Assembly (NCBI GenBank): GCA_030264375.1
Contig: JASCQW010000162.1
Coordinates: forward strand, 111,963,290-112,027,289
Source: Carcharhinus longimanus
Lineage: Eukaryota
Direction of reading: 5' to 3'
DNA length: 64,000 bases
Below the pieces are notes generated by a model, which worked only from the letters and a program-made list of their open reading frames with translations, did not search any database and was not told the origin of the DNA. A program made the translations under genes and the position numbers. This document shows positions 1-13,035 of the stretch, piece after piece. Position 1 is the first letter of the stretch; each line of letters begins with the position of its first letter.

Positions 1-299
1 CAACCCCGGACAATGCCCAAGGTTCTCACTCTGGCCCGTTCATTATAAACAAACCTCAGCACGGGAATATAAATATCAGGGAATTAACAACAACCAAAAA
101 AAAAATTTTATAAGGAATTATTAGCCAACTTTTAATTGTAAATATCCAATCCAAAAGTGGCTGCTTTCTTTTTAACTTGAGCTGAGTGGCTGCTCTGTGT
201 GTTGCCAGCTTTGCAGTTTGGAATCTGGATCCCATCTTGACTCTGGGGAGGAGAGAGGACAGGATAAAGCTCCAAAAAGCTCCAATTGATCAGGGTACG

Positions 300-740
300 C
301 CAGCAGGGTGTTGTTAGGGGAACATTGTGTCTTAATCAAAATATTTGAGGATGCAACAAGGAGGATTGATAAGGGTAGTGCAATGGATATTATCTATGTG
401 GATTTTAATAAAGCATTTGAGAAGGTTCCATATGGCACACTGTTAGAAAAGTGAGATTCCATGGGATACAGGGAAAGTGGCAAGTTGGATCATAAACTTG
501 GTTCAGCGACAGGAAATAACAGTCAATGGATGTTTTTGCAAATGGAAAACAATTTCCAGTGGTGTTCCATGGGGGCTGTTGTTAGGGCTTGTGCTGTTTG
601 TTGTATACATCAATGATTTAGATTTAAATATGGATGGCATATTTGAGAAATTCATAGATGATACAAAAATTGGCCATGTAGCTGGTAGTGAAGAGGATAG
701 CTGTTGACTTCTGATTGATACCAATGGTTTGGTTAAGAAC
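300..740 (+). mobile_element. Decayed CR1-type LINE ORF2 (reverse transcriptase) fragment
   Basis: Encodes DIIYVDFNKAFEKVP and SGVPWGLLLGLVLFVVYINDLD...KFIDDTKIG, matching CR1 RT motifs. Contains stops and frameshifts. Confidence 0.85.
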
Positions 741-1436
741 GGGTGTTCAGAAGGTGGTGAAGTATCGTGAAGTTGGTTTCCCATTTTTCATTTCATTTTG
801 TTCATTCAGTGTTGGCATCTGCGGCAGGGCCAGTCTTTGTTTCCCAACTTTAATTATTGTAATCGTAGCTCAGCAAATACTTAGTGTCTACAGCACTTGT
901 ACCCTTTCTCACCTCCTGACTTCGCTTCCCCTTCCATGGCCCTGCACCCATGAGGATTTGACCCACACACACGTAGAAACATTTTGCAACACATAAAGTG
1001 ACAATCATAAATCATGCTCCATTCACAATCTACTGTCTGTCCTAATAAAAGAAAGTAATATCTGTCATCTTGATTTAGATCCATCCCTCCCTCGCTGCAC
1101 ATGCATTTTCCAGCAGACAAAGTTGATTTTGCTTTTTTGTTGTTTGGTTGTAATTCATTTGTCAGATTTGGAGTTCCCTGAGATGTGGGGCTCTGTGCCA
1201 CTGTACAGTTTGTTTCATGATAAATCCATCTCTGCCATACACTGTTCTGAGATCAGCTTGAATACACAGTGTTCAATTGCCTAGCCAATCTGCTAAAACT
1301 TTTGTGCTCTGAAAAATGCTGATTGCTTTGTACACTTTTCCAGAAGAAGGTTGTGTACAAGCACACAAACAATGATGGGCAGGTAAAGATGTTTTAGTCC
1401 ATCCTGCCAAACTTGTGCAATCGCGGAAGGGGGGTG

Positions 1437-2090
1437 GGGGAGCATGGTGGAATTATCACTGGATTAGCAATCCAAAAACCCAGGGTACTGACCTGGGGAC
1501 CCGGGTTCAAATCTCACCACAGCAGAGAGTGAAGTTTGAACTCAACAAACATCTGGAATTAATGGTGCAGCACATTGGTTAGCATTGCTGCCTCACAGCT
1601 CCAGGGACCCAGGTTCATTTCAGGCCTTGAGTGACTATCAGTGTGGAGTTTGCACATTCTCCTCATATCTGCTTGAGTTTCCTTCCACAGCCCAAAAATG
1701 TGTGGATTAGGTTGATTGACTATGCTAAATTGTTCCTTAGTGTCAGGGAGATTAGCAGTGTAAATACATGGGGTTACGAGGGTAGGGCCTGGGTGGAATT
1801 GTTGTGCAGGCTCAAAAGGCCAAATGTCCTCCTTCTGCATGATAGGGATTCTGTGATTCTGTGATTCTAAAAGTCTAATGATGACCAAGAAATCTTCATC
1901 TATCATCATAAAAATACTTCTGGTTTACCTATGTCCTTTAGGGAAGGAAATCTGCCGTCCTTACCTGGTCTTTCCTACGTATGTCTCCAGACCCACAACA
2001 ATGTGGTTGACTCTCAAGTTCCCTCTGAAATGGAGTGCAGTTATGAATGGACTATAAATACTGACACCTGCATCCCATAAAAATGAATTT
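1437..2090 (+). mobile_element. tRNA-derived SINE family B, split by an HE1-like SINE
   Basis: B-box GGGTTCAAATCTC at ~1503 and core TCCTTTAGGGAAGGAAATCTGCCGTCCTTACCTGGTC at ~1934. Same family at 3755, 19258, 39232 and 56120. Confidence 0.75.
1562..1868 (+). mobile_element. HE1-like V-SINE
   Basis: tRNA-like head (TGGTTAGCATTGCTGCCTCACAG), V-domain GTGTGGAGTTTGCACATTCTCC, CR1-like tail ending in (GATTCTGT)n. Confidence 0.85.
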
Positions 2091-2464
2091 TTAGAAATTG
2101 GGTGCATCACAATATAAATCCTCTTAGCCCTGTCCTAAACCATCAGATCTTCTGGGTGAGCCAAAAAGGCAGATTAAAAACCCAGGCCAATCTGGGAAAG
2201 AATCCAGCAAATTCCTCTTCAACCCTTCTAGACAATTAAAGTTTGTGCATCCAATTACATTGTCTCAGGATTCCTTGCAGCACCTAACCCTTGTGATCTC
2301 TGCCACAGCCAGAAACAAGTCCAGCTCTCACTTAAGTGACGGAAGTCTACTATTCTCTGGGAAAAGATCCACTTCCTACTGTCAATTTTCCAGGTGTTTA
2401 GATCACCAACAACCTGTCCTGGTCCCTCCATGCCGCTGCTGTAGTTAAGAAAGCCAATCAACAC

Positions 2465-3016
2465 CTCTACTTTCTCAGGAAACTAAGGAAATTCGGCATG
2501 TCCACTATGATTCTCACCCATTCTTACAGATGCACTATAGAAAGCATCCCTTCCAGATGTGCAGCTTGGCATGGCTCCTGCTCTGACCAAGACCGCAAGA
2601 AACTGCAAGCCCAGTCAATCACGCAAACCAACCTCCCATCCATTGACTCTGTCTACACTTCCCGCTGCCTTGGGAAAGCAGCCAGCATAATCAAGGACCT
2701 CACAAACCCTTGATATACTCTCTCCCACCTTCTTCCGGTGGGAAAAAGATACAAAGTCTGAAAACAATACCAACAGATTCGAACAGTTTCTTCCCTGCTG
2801 TCATCAGACATTTGAATGGTCCTATCATATATTAAGCTGATCTTTCTCTTCACCCTACCTGTAACTGCAACACTATATTTTGCACTCTATCGTTTCCTTC
2901 TCCCCTATTTACTCTGTGAATGGTATGTTTTGCCTGTATAGCACGCAAGAAACAATATTTTTCACTGCATCCCAATACAGGTGAGAGTAATAAATCAAAT
3001 CAAATCAACCAAATCA
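2465..3016 (+). mobile_element. Rex1/Babar-type LINE 3' fragment
   Basis: Encodes LRKLRKFGMSTMILTHSYRCTIESI...AWHGSCS..DRKKLQ, typical of the Rex1 RT C-terminus. Ends in AATAAA(TCAAA)n. Confidence 0.75.
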
Positions 3017-3754
3017 GATCTGACATTATACTGTTTAAAATGAACATTTTAAGGACTTTTAAGGGCATGTCTGAATGTTCGTGTCTGAATCACCTGCCGG
3101 GCATGTTGCAAACTTAGAAAGGAATGAGCTTGGTGAATGATGCAAGTATGAGTTTTAAATCAATGTGCTCTGTAATGAACTACTAAGACTGACAAGAACT
3201 GGGGAGAAACCGAGTCAGAGTTTGTGCTGCAAAGTATTGGATTAGTTGGGGGAGCAGATATTTCATGTTAAGTCTCCATCATGCAATGCAGAGGTGTAGA
3301 GCTTTCATAATGTTTTAAATAAGTCTTGTCATGGGCTAAGTTGATTCAGCATTTACTTTCTTATGTAATCAGGTAAAGGCATTTCCTTTTAGCTATGTTG
3401 TATAATCGGAGAATAATGAAATATATCACATCAAGACTACACAGCTACAAGACTCTTGGCAGAATGAGCACATTTGTGTGTGCATTCATAAGTAACAGTG
3501 CCCTTTATAATAAATTACTTTATTATGTTGAAAATAAATAGGTTATGCAAGAAAGCAATTAGGTAAAATCAGTTATCTTAAAATATGATTCTTTTAGCTT
3601 CCTAATATTTAACTGTTCAGGGTCATTTTGCCAATGAGGAACCTCATTATACATCTCAGGAGTTCTATCCATTTTGTATTTTTTGTGCGTTTAGCACACC
3701 TTTCTTTCCTGGAAGTAAATAATTTACTTCCTGATTTGTTAAATTAATTTCTAC

Positions 3755-4190
3755 AGGATGTGGATGTAGCATTTATTGCCCATCCCTAACTGCCCCCTGT
3801 TTCAGAGGGCATTTAAGAACCAACCATGCTTCTGTGCATCTGGAGTTACATTTAATTTCCTTTCCTAAAGGACATTAGTGAGCCAGATGGGTTTTTACTA
3901 CAATCGATAATAGCTTCATGATCACCATTAGACTCTTAGGCCAGAATTTTACTGCTCCGCCTGCCACGGGAATCGGAGCGGACGAGGGGCGGTGCATGGG
4001 AAGGTCCTTTGACTTCAAATGGGATTTTATGGATTTGGGATGAGCAAGGTCATAAAACCCTGTCCTATATTCCAGATTTTTATTGAATTCAAATTTCACC
4101 ATCTGCCCTGGTAGGATTTGAACCCAGGTCCCCAGAGCATTACCCTGGGTCTCTAGACTACTAGTCCATTGATACTTCCACTGTGCCACT
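3755..4190 (-). mobile_element. SINE family B (reverse) with a nested MITE at ~3939-4065
   Basis: Reverse complement of the family B core (ATTTCCTTTCCTAAAGGACATTAGTGAGCCAGATGGG) and B-box. The insert is bounded by GGCCAGAATTTT...AAAACCCTGTCC. Confidence 0.7.
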
Positions 4191-4580
4191 GATCAGTTGA
4201 AGCACTAGCAATCAACTCAGGCAGATTCCACCTTTCTTCCTTCTTTCCAGTTCCACAGAGTAACAGCTTTTCAGCATCTCCCTGACTAGGTAGTATCTTG
4301 TCTGTTAGCTTAAGCAATTGGATGTTAGTGAGTTATGCAACTGTAAAGGCATTGCAGGAAAACTATGACTTGTCCCCTCCCAAATGGGTGCAGTTTGCAG
4401 TAACCATGTCACTGGATAACAACCAGGAATAGGAATTATGGCAAAGTAAAATTGTTCCTTCCCCAAAGCCAGAAGACTTTAGTGTCCACATTGCCTTGTT
4501 GCTGAGATCAGTTAATGCTCAGATTTCACATAGAATCTGACATTGCCTGACTGAGCACCTCTGAATGATTTACTCATTGA

Positions 4581-4891
4581 GGGGTGGCACAGCGGTTAGC
4601 ACTGGTGCTTCAGAGTGCCAGGAACCTGTGTCCGTTTCCCAGCTTGGGTCACTGTCCGTGTGGCGGCTGCACGTTCTCCCCATGTCTCCTCCGGATGCTC
4701 CGGTTTCCTCCCACAGTCCAAAGATGTGCAAGTTAGGTGGATTGGCCATGCTAATTTGTCCCTTAGTGTCGGGGGACTAACTAGGATGAATGCATGGGGT
4801 TATGGAGATATGGCCTGGGTGGAATTGTGGTTGGTGCAGACTCGATGGGCCGAATGGCCTCCTTCTGCACTGTAGGAATCTATGATTCTAT
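4581..4891 (+). mobile_element. HE1-like V-SINE
   Basis: Head GGTGGCACAGCGGTTAGCAC, V-domain GCTCCGGTTTCCTCCCACAGTCCAAAGATGTGC, tail GATGGGCCGAATGGCCTCCTTCTGCACTGT..TCTATGATTCTA. Confidence 0.9.
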
Positions 4892-6141
4892 CAGAAAGCA
4901 TGATCAGAGGTTTCGAATTGTAAGGCAGCCCCCAGAATTAGGGTAGTTTTTCAATTTTTTTAATGTTATGGTAAATTGTTTCCAAAATTAAAAGTTCAAA
5001 CAAAATTCTTCAACCAGATACTTTGATTTTCCACCAAGGATAACACTATGTAGCAAAACCATAGCATTTTATGAAATCTATATTTTGATAGAGAATGGCT
5101 ACGTTTTCACATGTTTAGTTTTGACGCTGAAAGCAGCACTCACTTACAAAATTAAGCTGCACAGTATTTTCCAAGTGCCTGATCCTCTGAGCCAAAGTTC
5201 CACCATCTGGTCTTCTTAAAACTCTTTTGCTCAAGGCCTTATTCTCACTTAATCAGGAGGTAATCTTCTCTTTTTCATTCCCTGCAGCACAAAGTCTGAT
5301 TGCTTGTGTTTGGAGGCTCGACACTGTGTAAGATCTTCCCACATCCCGAGGGTCATTTAGGAAAGGTGCTTCTTCACAACCAAAACCTCTAACTTGGAAG
5401 AAAAATAAATTACAGACCTCAGCAAACATGATCATTCTTCTTGTTTCTTTCAGTTTAAATCTTTTTGTTTAACTATCTCTTTTAAAGTCTACCATCCTTA
5501 GAATTATAACTGGATCAGAGCCCAAAGACTGGAAACTATATAATCAGACCAAAATGTTCAGTGCACTTGGCATCTCATTCTACTTCACAAATTGCTATTG
5601 CTGTGAAACAACCATCTATCAAACTGGTGTAATTACCTCGTGGGGGGGAATTGAAGGAAAGAGTACAATTTATGCTTGCAAATGAATTTCCTAAAAACCC
5701 TTCTTATTTTTAATATGTGTTGTCTTTATCTGTGTTGCTGTCAAATTTACAATGCATTGCCATGAGCCAGATTTAGGGAGGGAGCTCCAGAACTTCCTCT
5801 CCAAATCTCTCCACCTCTCTGCCCCACTCTGCTCCTTCTTTAAAATTTATCTCTTTGACCAAGCTTTTAGTCATTTGTCCTAATATCTCTTCCTTTAGCT
5901 CAGTGTCAGTTTTTGTCATGATGTGGAGATGCTGGCGTTGGACTGGGGTGGGCACAGTAAGAACATCAAGTTAAAGTCCAACAGGTTTATTTGGAATTAC
6001 AAGCTTTTGGAATGCTGCTCAGATTATGCTCCAGTGAAATGCTTTGGCGTGTTTTACTTTATGAGCTATTAAATATAAAATTAATTTGTTTGAGTTGCAG
6101 TCTGACCTTGGGCCTACAAAAGTCTACATTCAAAACCCCTT

Positions 6142-6662
6142 CATAGAATCATAGAAACCCTACAGTGCAGAAAGAGGCCATTTGGCCCATCGAGTCTGCA
6201 CTGACCACAATCCCACCNNNNNNNNNNNNNNNNNNNNNNNNNNNNNNNNNNNNNNNNNNNNNNNNNNNNNNNNNNNNNNNNNNNNNNNNNNNNNNNNNNN
6301 NNNNNNNNNNNNNNNNNCAGTGCAGAAAGAGGCCATTTGGCCCATCGAGTCTGCACTGACCACAATCCCACCCAGGCCTATTATCCCTACATATTTACCC
6401 GCTAATCCCTCTAACCTACACACCTCAGGACACTAAGGGGCAGTTTTTAGCATGGCCAATCAACCTAACCCACACATATTTGGACTGTGGGAGGAAACCG
6501 GAACACCTGGAGGAAACCCATACAGACACGAGGAAAATGTGCAAACTCCACACAGGCAGTGACCCAAGCTGGGAATCAAACCTAGATCCCTGGAGCTGTG
6601 AAGCAGCAATGCTAACCACTGTGATACCATGCCACCCCTACCACTGTGCTACCATGCCGCCC
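6142..6662 (-). mobile_element. HE1-like V-SINE (reverse), interrupted by an assembly gap
   Basis: Reverse complement of the head, V-domain and tail. Sequence on both sides of the N gap is duplicated. Confidence 0.85.
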
Positions 6663-6697
6663 CTTCGCTAGAGTTTTCCCATATTATCCCTTGGCCT

Positions 6698-6990
6698 TAA
6701 AGTTTAAAGTTTATTTATTACTGTCGCATGTAGGCTTACATTAACATTGTGAGGAAGTTATTGTGAAAATTCCCCAGTTGCCACACTCTGGCACCTATTC
6801 GGGTACACTGAGGGAGAATTTAGCATGGCTAATGCATCTAACCCAACATGTCTTTCAGACTGTGGAAGAAACCAGAGCACCCAGAGGAAACCCATGTAGA
6901 TATGGGGAGAACACGCAGATTCCACACAGACAGTGGCCCATGTGGAAATCAAACCCAGATCTCTGGTGCTGTGAAGCAGCAGTGCCACCC
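6698..6990 (-). mobile_element. V-SINE variant with a different 3' tail
   Basis: Same head and V-domain as HE1 but the tail ends in AATAAATAAACTTTAAACTTT on the minus strand. Second copy at ~57245-57510 (+). Confidence 0.7.
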
Positions 6991-7878
6991 CACTTCAAGC
7001 CATCTTGTAAATAAGACTCAGCTCCTGCTTTGTGGATTCAATTCCTACTCAGCCTTTGGCCACCCAGCTTCTCTTTCACGCCACCTTGTTAGCAGACTTT
7101 GGAGCTCACTCTCTTCACACAGTTCCCTTTGCCCCATAAAATCCATCAATTTGCCAGGCTGTTAGTCTGGCCCTAATCTCTCCCTTCCTGACTTGGCTTA
7201 CGCCTTTCTGTCATGTGCACTGGGATTTTCTTTTATATTAAAGTAACTATATAAACGTCAGTTGCTGATGTTGGCGCGAAGTTTTAGGAATTCATTGCTG
7301 TACAGTGCCTGGAGAAGAATGTGGCTTGGGCTGTCTTTCTTATTGTGCGAGTTATTAGCTTTTGCCTCAGGAATGGGTTAAGAGATCCTTTAACTTTGAT
7401 TTCAGGTGTCCAGAAAGCTCCAATAGGTTTTATGTGATGGTGAGAGTTGCTTTCTGTGAGAAGTTTCTTAATGAAATGTTTCATTCAAAGAGTGACCTAG
7501 TAACAGATGTTTGAAAAAAATGTATTTATGTAGCACACCATGTCTTGCAATATTTCCTCTGAGACAACTCAGTAAAAAAGTTATTGAAGGGCAATGTGGC
7601 TGAGAACTATATCAGTGCAGTCATGGGTCATATGAACCTCCTGATCTACAATCAGGGCCCCAAAAATCCAAAAGTGGGACTACTCTTCACATTTGTTTTT
7701 CGTAGTGTTATTTGTTTGAGAATTGTGAAGCAAGAAGATGATCAAAAATAGATTTTTTTCTGCACAACTTGTGTTAAAAGCCTAATTGAACTTGACTAAA
7801 TTTACCATTTCTCTGCTTAGCCTGAAAAGTAACCCAGAAATCGTACCCTAGTAAGCAGGTAGTAAGAGACAAGACAAA

Positions 7879-8579
7879 GGGCAGAAGTTAATTCTCCCCT
7901 CTGGAGCAGGCTGAGAGGTTGACTCCACAATTCGATGAGAAAGTGTGGGTTAGAGAGCCAGTCACCTTCCTAATTCCACCCGATTAAATCGATGGTGGGA
8001 GTTTCCACATGGAAGTCAATTGAGGCCTTTGAGTGATCATTTAAGGGTCTCATTCCATCGCCACTGTTATTCAAGCAAGCGAATGGTTGTCAGGTGAACC
8101 CTGGTGGGTATGTCTGAAAGCTGCTTGCAAAGGGGCTCCCTGCTATTTGAGGTGCCTATGTCCAACGGGAAAACCCAACAATGACAAGGGCCACACCTGC
8201 GTGAAGAGCCCCCCCATCCTGTAAACATCTGCCCTTACTTCCTGGGGCCTCCCTGACTGTTCCCCACAAGTCTGCCTCAGCTACCTTTTCTCCGGCCTTG
8301 ATACTTCCCTTGGGTCTATTGGAGGTACCAACCGTTGTTGCATTCCAGGTGGCACTGCTAGTATTGGAGAACCGCTGACTTCACATTGTCTGATAGCTCT
8401 CAAGGGAGGGAAATTTTCCATGATGATATCGAGGACCCTATCATCAACCAAGTAAGTGCCAGACTGGTGTTAAATTTGATTGGGGGAGACGCAGGGGAAC
8501 TGGAATGATCACAACAGGATTGCCATTGGCTCTCCAGCCATTACCTAGGGTAACCATCATGACTATTAAATTTTGCCCC
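7879..8579. mobile_element. Probable non-autonomous DNA transposon (Harbinger-like)
   Basis: Imperfect terminal inverted repeats GGGCAGAAGTT...AATTTTGCCC around a GC-richer interior. Confidence 0.45.
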
Positions 8580-8619
8580 AAGATGTGTTTGTGTTTGTGT
8601 TTATGCAACATTTGTTCAG

Positions 8620-9590
8620 AGGTACAGAGCCAGGTTAAAATACTAAATGAATGGTTTTTATTGGTGTTACCGAGGAGGAGAATGCTGACAAAATGATGGT
8701 AGAAGCAGAAATGGTAGAGATAAATGATGGGTAAAAACTGTTAAGCAAAGTGTACTGGAAAGTCTAGCTGTGCTTAGACTGGATAGGTTACTGGGTTCGG
8801 CTGTCTTGCCTCCCAGCTTGCTGGAGAAAGTGGGAATTGTGAAAACTGAAGGGCTTGTCATAATCTCCCAATCTTTCTGAGAAACAAAGAAAGTGCCAGA
8901 AGATTGGAGAGTGGCAAATGTGGCAACCTTGCACAGGTAAGACAATCCTAGTAATTAGTCAGTTAGTTTAATAGTTGTGGTAGGCAAAGTTTTAGAAAAA
9001 AAGCAATAGGCACTTGGTGAGATTTGAATTAACTAAGGAGAGCCAGCAGAGATTTGTAAAAGACACAATATACTTGACTAATATAGTTGAAGTTTTTGAT
9101 GAAATAGCAGAAATTAGATGAAGGGGATGCAGTGGATGATATCTATGTGGATTTTAAGAAAGTGTTTGACAAAGTGCCGCCAAAAGGTTGGTTAATAAAA
9201 TTAAGGCTCAAGCTATTGGAGCGTAGATTTAAAAAATTGGCTTGAGGATAGAAAACACGAGTTGAGATAAATAGTTGTGTTTCAGACTGGTAGATTTTAG
9301 ACAATGGCATTCCCAGTGTTCAGTTCAAGGACCAATATTTATTTGATATATATAAATGATTGGAATACAATACAGTTAAAATTTCAAACGTTGCTGCTGA
9401 GACCAAACTTGAAGATGTGGCAAACGATGAGGATGAAACCAATCGATTGCAGGACATAGACAGGCTAGCAGCATGGACTGACAAGTGGTAGAATGAAATT
9501 TAATATGGGGAAGTGTGAGATGGTACATTTTAATGGAACGAATAGGGAGCATTGGAGAATTTGACTATTAAAACGGCACATTGGTAAAAC
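8620..9590 (+). mobile_element. Decayed CR1-type LINE ORF2 fragment
   Basis: Remnants VPEDWRVANV, DIYVDFKKVFDKVP and IYIND, with many stops. Confidence 0.85.
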
Positions 9591-9922
9591 TTACAGATCA
9601 TTCATAAATTCAGGATTCTGTTAATTTCTTCCTCCACTTTTCTCCTCTCCTTTCCCAAAGTGGTGACACATACTGGGAGACTGTTCCAGACAGGCCAGCA
9701 ATCTTCTTGCACATTAACCTGGTTAGCCAGTGTGAACCTAAAGGGATGGGCTGACTTTTCACAGGATTGTTGATTGCTGCTGTTTCACCATAAAACAGCA
9801 GAAATTCTGGAATGATTGATCGAACCATATTTTATGTAGTTTTTCCAGGTTTTCTGTCGTTCTTCCATTGAGATTACAGTGACCAGGCTGGGGAACCTGC
9901 CCCCCATTGAAATTCACTCTTA

Positions 9923-10082
9923 GGGGGCGATTCTCCAAACCTGCCACCTAAATCTTTTAGTGGCCTCTTCATTGCACAGAGTGTGGGAGATTCTAGTGTG
10001 AACTCCCTCTGAAAAAAAACGTGATTTACTCCAATTTTTCTGTAAATTTGATTCTTGAAACTATACTGGGAGAATCCCGGCC
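9923..10082. mobile_element. PIF/Harbinger-type MITE (160 bp)
   Basis: TIRs GGGGGCGATTCTCC / GGAGAATCCCGGCC, flanked by TTA at 9920-9922 and 10083-10085 (3-bp TWA duplication). Confidence 0.65.
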
Positions 10083-12674
10083 TTAGTGTTTGTGGGCTGT
10101 TTGACTATAGAAGGCATCAGACCGAAGCCTATGCCACTTCAAACTCAAACATTTTCCAACACAAGTCACTGGATAGCAATCAGAACTAGGGAACTGGGAT
10201 GAATTGAATTTTTGCAGAAGATGGAAATATTTCATCTCAGGCGATTTTTCAGACAATTTAGCATGGATCACATACCAAAGCAAGGATCTCCTCCATCTGT
10301 ATGGCACATTCGCGGGCGAAATTGCTTAATGAGCCATTGATGGAACTGTAGAAATATGCAAGAATATATTGTATAGAATATATTTTTATATCAATAATAA
10401 TTTTCAGTGTGGACACTTGTTAACAAGAATATGAAAATCATCAGGAGTCTATTTAGAAATGTAGCCGACACACAATTAACTGTCCTGTGGATTGATTTGG
10501 CCACACAATTTTGCTTTTAAATTGCTTGATTGAAATCAGTGGGTAATTCAGGAAATATTTTGTAAAACATTAGTTCAGTCTGTATTGTACTTTGTTTATC
10601 ATTTTTCTATTTTTGGCATGCAATTGTTTCAATTTCTCATACCTTTTGATATATATTTTAATCCATTGTTTATCAGCTTGCCATTTTTGGGTTTATATTG
10701 AAGAGATTTTAAACCTATAATTTGGAATAAGCATACCAGCTGTATTACCAAAATATCTATTACAGATGCAGACAGGATATTAATTACATTACAAAGCACA
10801 TTACATCATATTTCCAGAAGATGCATTGCAGCCCCCTGAATAAACAGGAGAAAATAATTCATCTTCAATGTTTGCGGTTGAAAGGTCCCTGGAATTGTTG
10901 TTGCTAGTTTTTAGGACATATTCAAGTGCACATTACTAGTGAGGCAAAGTCGAATGTGGAGGTTCCAGGATACGCTTCTTGTAATGGAGGGTTGTTCTAA
11001 TTTCTGATTCAAAGCAATGGTGAATCTAATAAGAATGCCTCTGTTACTGTTATTTTAAGGGATCACTCCAGTGTTGAATTGAGCTGTGGAGAGTATATAT
11101 CTAATTTGGGTAGCTTATAGTTCATTATATTTTATTGATATTCAAGTAGATAAATTTAGAGTGAAAATTTACCTTTGTTGTGTTTGAGATGAAATGTTAT
11201 CACTCAGTAAATATGCATTTTTCTACTATTGCTCATACTGGAGTGGTTCTGTAACATTTTATTTGAATGCATTCAATCATAGTAGCTTTTATTGAATGAT
11301 TACAGAAAATTGGGCATTATGNNNNNNNNNNNNNNNNNNNNNNNNNNNNNNNNNNNNNNNNNNNNNNNNNNNNNNNNNNNNNNNNNNNNNNNNNNNNNNN
11401 NNNNNNNNNNNNNNNNNNNNNATTGGGCATTATGTGTAAATTAAATGATAATAGTTTAGAAATCCAGTGTACATGACCGAGAAAAAATCTCTGCACAACC
11501 TTTTGTAGTATGAGCCCTTACCTGCAGTCAATCATCAGAGATTTAAAAAAAATAAATGTAACACCAGTACTTACCTAACAGTAGATCAACATGTAATATA
11601 TTGGCACATTTTTGGCTCCTATTCAGTTTTTACAGAAAGGAAAAGTTAATTATTAATATGTTGCCCTGATTTCTGCCTTAGTGTCCCTCCATTTAATAAA
11701 AGCTCCATTTAATTAAATACCTTTGAAATGTGCAGTTGTTCTCATTATTTATACAGTTATACAATGAAGTGTGCTCCCAAAACACCACTTTCACAAAGAA
11801 GATGGCATTTACTGCAAAGGTGGGTTAAACAAGAAATATAAACACTAAAAATATATTAAACATACAAGCTATGCAAACGTAAAGTCATTTAGGCTACAAA
11901 GCCTTATCCTTTACGCACAGATAACCCCCACAAGTAGGATTAGGCAAACATATAAAATGTAAGATCTACATAATGGTAAATTGGCACATCACCAAACCAC
12001 CTTCCAAACTTTTACTAAATTATCAGTGCAAAAGTAAACTCATTTTACTTTCTCTTCACCCTTGAATGGATCTGCTTATTGTTAAGTTTTTTCAAAATTC
12101 TCATTATTCCAATCAAAATTGAAAATATGTCATTTTAGTTGTCATAGTACATCTGTTTACAAGTGGTTTACAGAGAATAAAACACTCATGCCACAGGTGA
12201 CATAACTCACATGTACCTAAAACTTGTGATGACCCTGGGTTATGCAGCCAGTACTAATTGGTTCAGTTTTAATACATCACCACTCCTTAAAGAGTATCAC
12301 CACAATTGTTCTATTATTCAGTTTTAAGTTACTTTGCAAATGTAAGCCAATCTGTATGTCTTCATTGATTTGTACATTCCTCAAGACATTTCTCATGCCA
12401 TTGCAAAGGATTGAGCAACCTTACAACAATTAACCCTGTAAATACTTTAGTATTTTTGTTTAATATTGCAAAATGGTTGAGTGAAAATGGCCCATAAAAC
12501 CAAGAACGGGAGACTAGTGAATTCACTCTCAAACTGTTTTTACAGAAGAAAATGTTTTTATGCAAAGTAGTACATAAATCAGGAACACTTTCTTTGTCAA
12601 CTGCCACTGAATCAGGATTCTGCAACTTCCTAGAAACATATAAGATTGATTGGCAGAAAAAGACCAGCTGTTCC

Positions 12675-13035
12675 AACATACCAAAAGACCATATCACATG
12701 ACTGGAGCAAAAGTATGCCATTCAGTCCATTTAGCCTCTATCCAATGAGACCATGATTGATCTGATATAATCCTCAACTCCACTTTCCCACCTTGTCCCC
12801 ATAACCTTTGCTTTCCTTATATTCCCTTATATATCCCTTATATCTTAACCCTGAATGTGCTTAATGACCCAGTCTCTGCAGCCCTCTGCAGTAAAGGATT
12901 CCACAGATTCACTACCCTTTGAGATGAAATTCCTCCTCATCTCTGTCTTAAATGGCCGATCTGAGATTATTCCCTCTGTTTCCCACAAGGGGAAACAATC
13001 TCTCAGCATCTACCTTGTTAAGCTCCCTGAGAATC
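12675..13035 (-). mobile_element. CR1-type LINE 3' end fragment
   Basis: Reverse-oriented CR1 3' motifs (GCCATTCAGTCC, TTCCACAGATTCACTACCC...AAATTCCTCCTCATCTCTGTCTTAAA). Confidence 0.65.

Noticed and set aside
4565-4875. Recurring similar ORFs (VSSGCSGFLPQSKDV..., CGRKPEH...) at many positions
   Set aside because: Chance translations of HE1-like SINE copies, not a gene family.
6163-6372. Direct repeats flanking N gaps (also ~11309-11434 and ~43557-43710)
   Set aside because: Identical sequence on both sides of 100-N gaps indicates unmerged contig overlaps, an assembly artefact.
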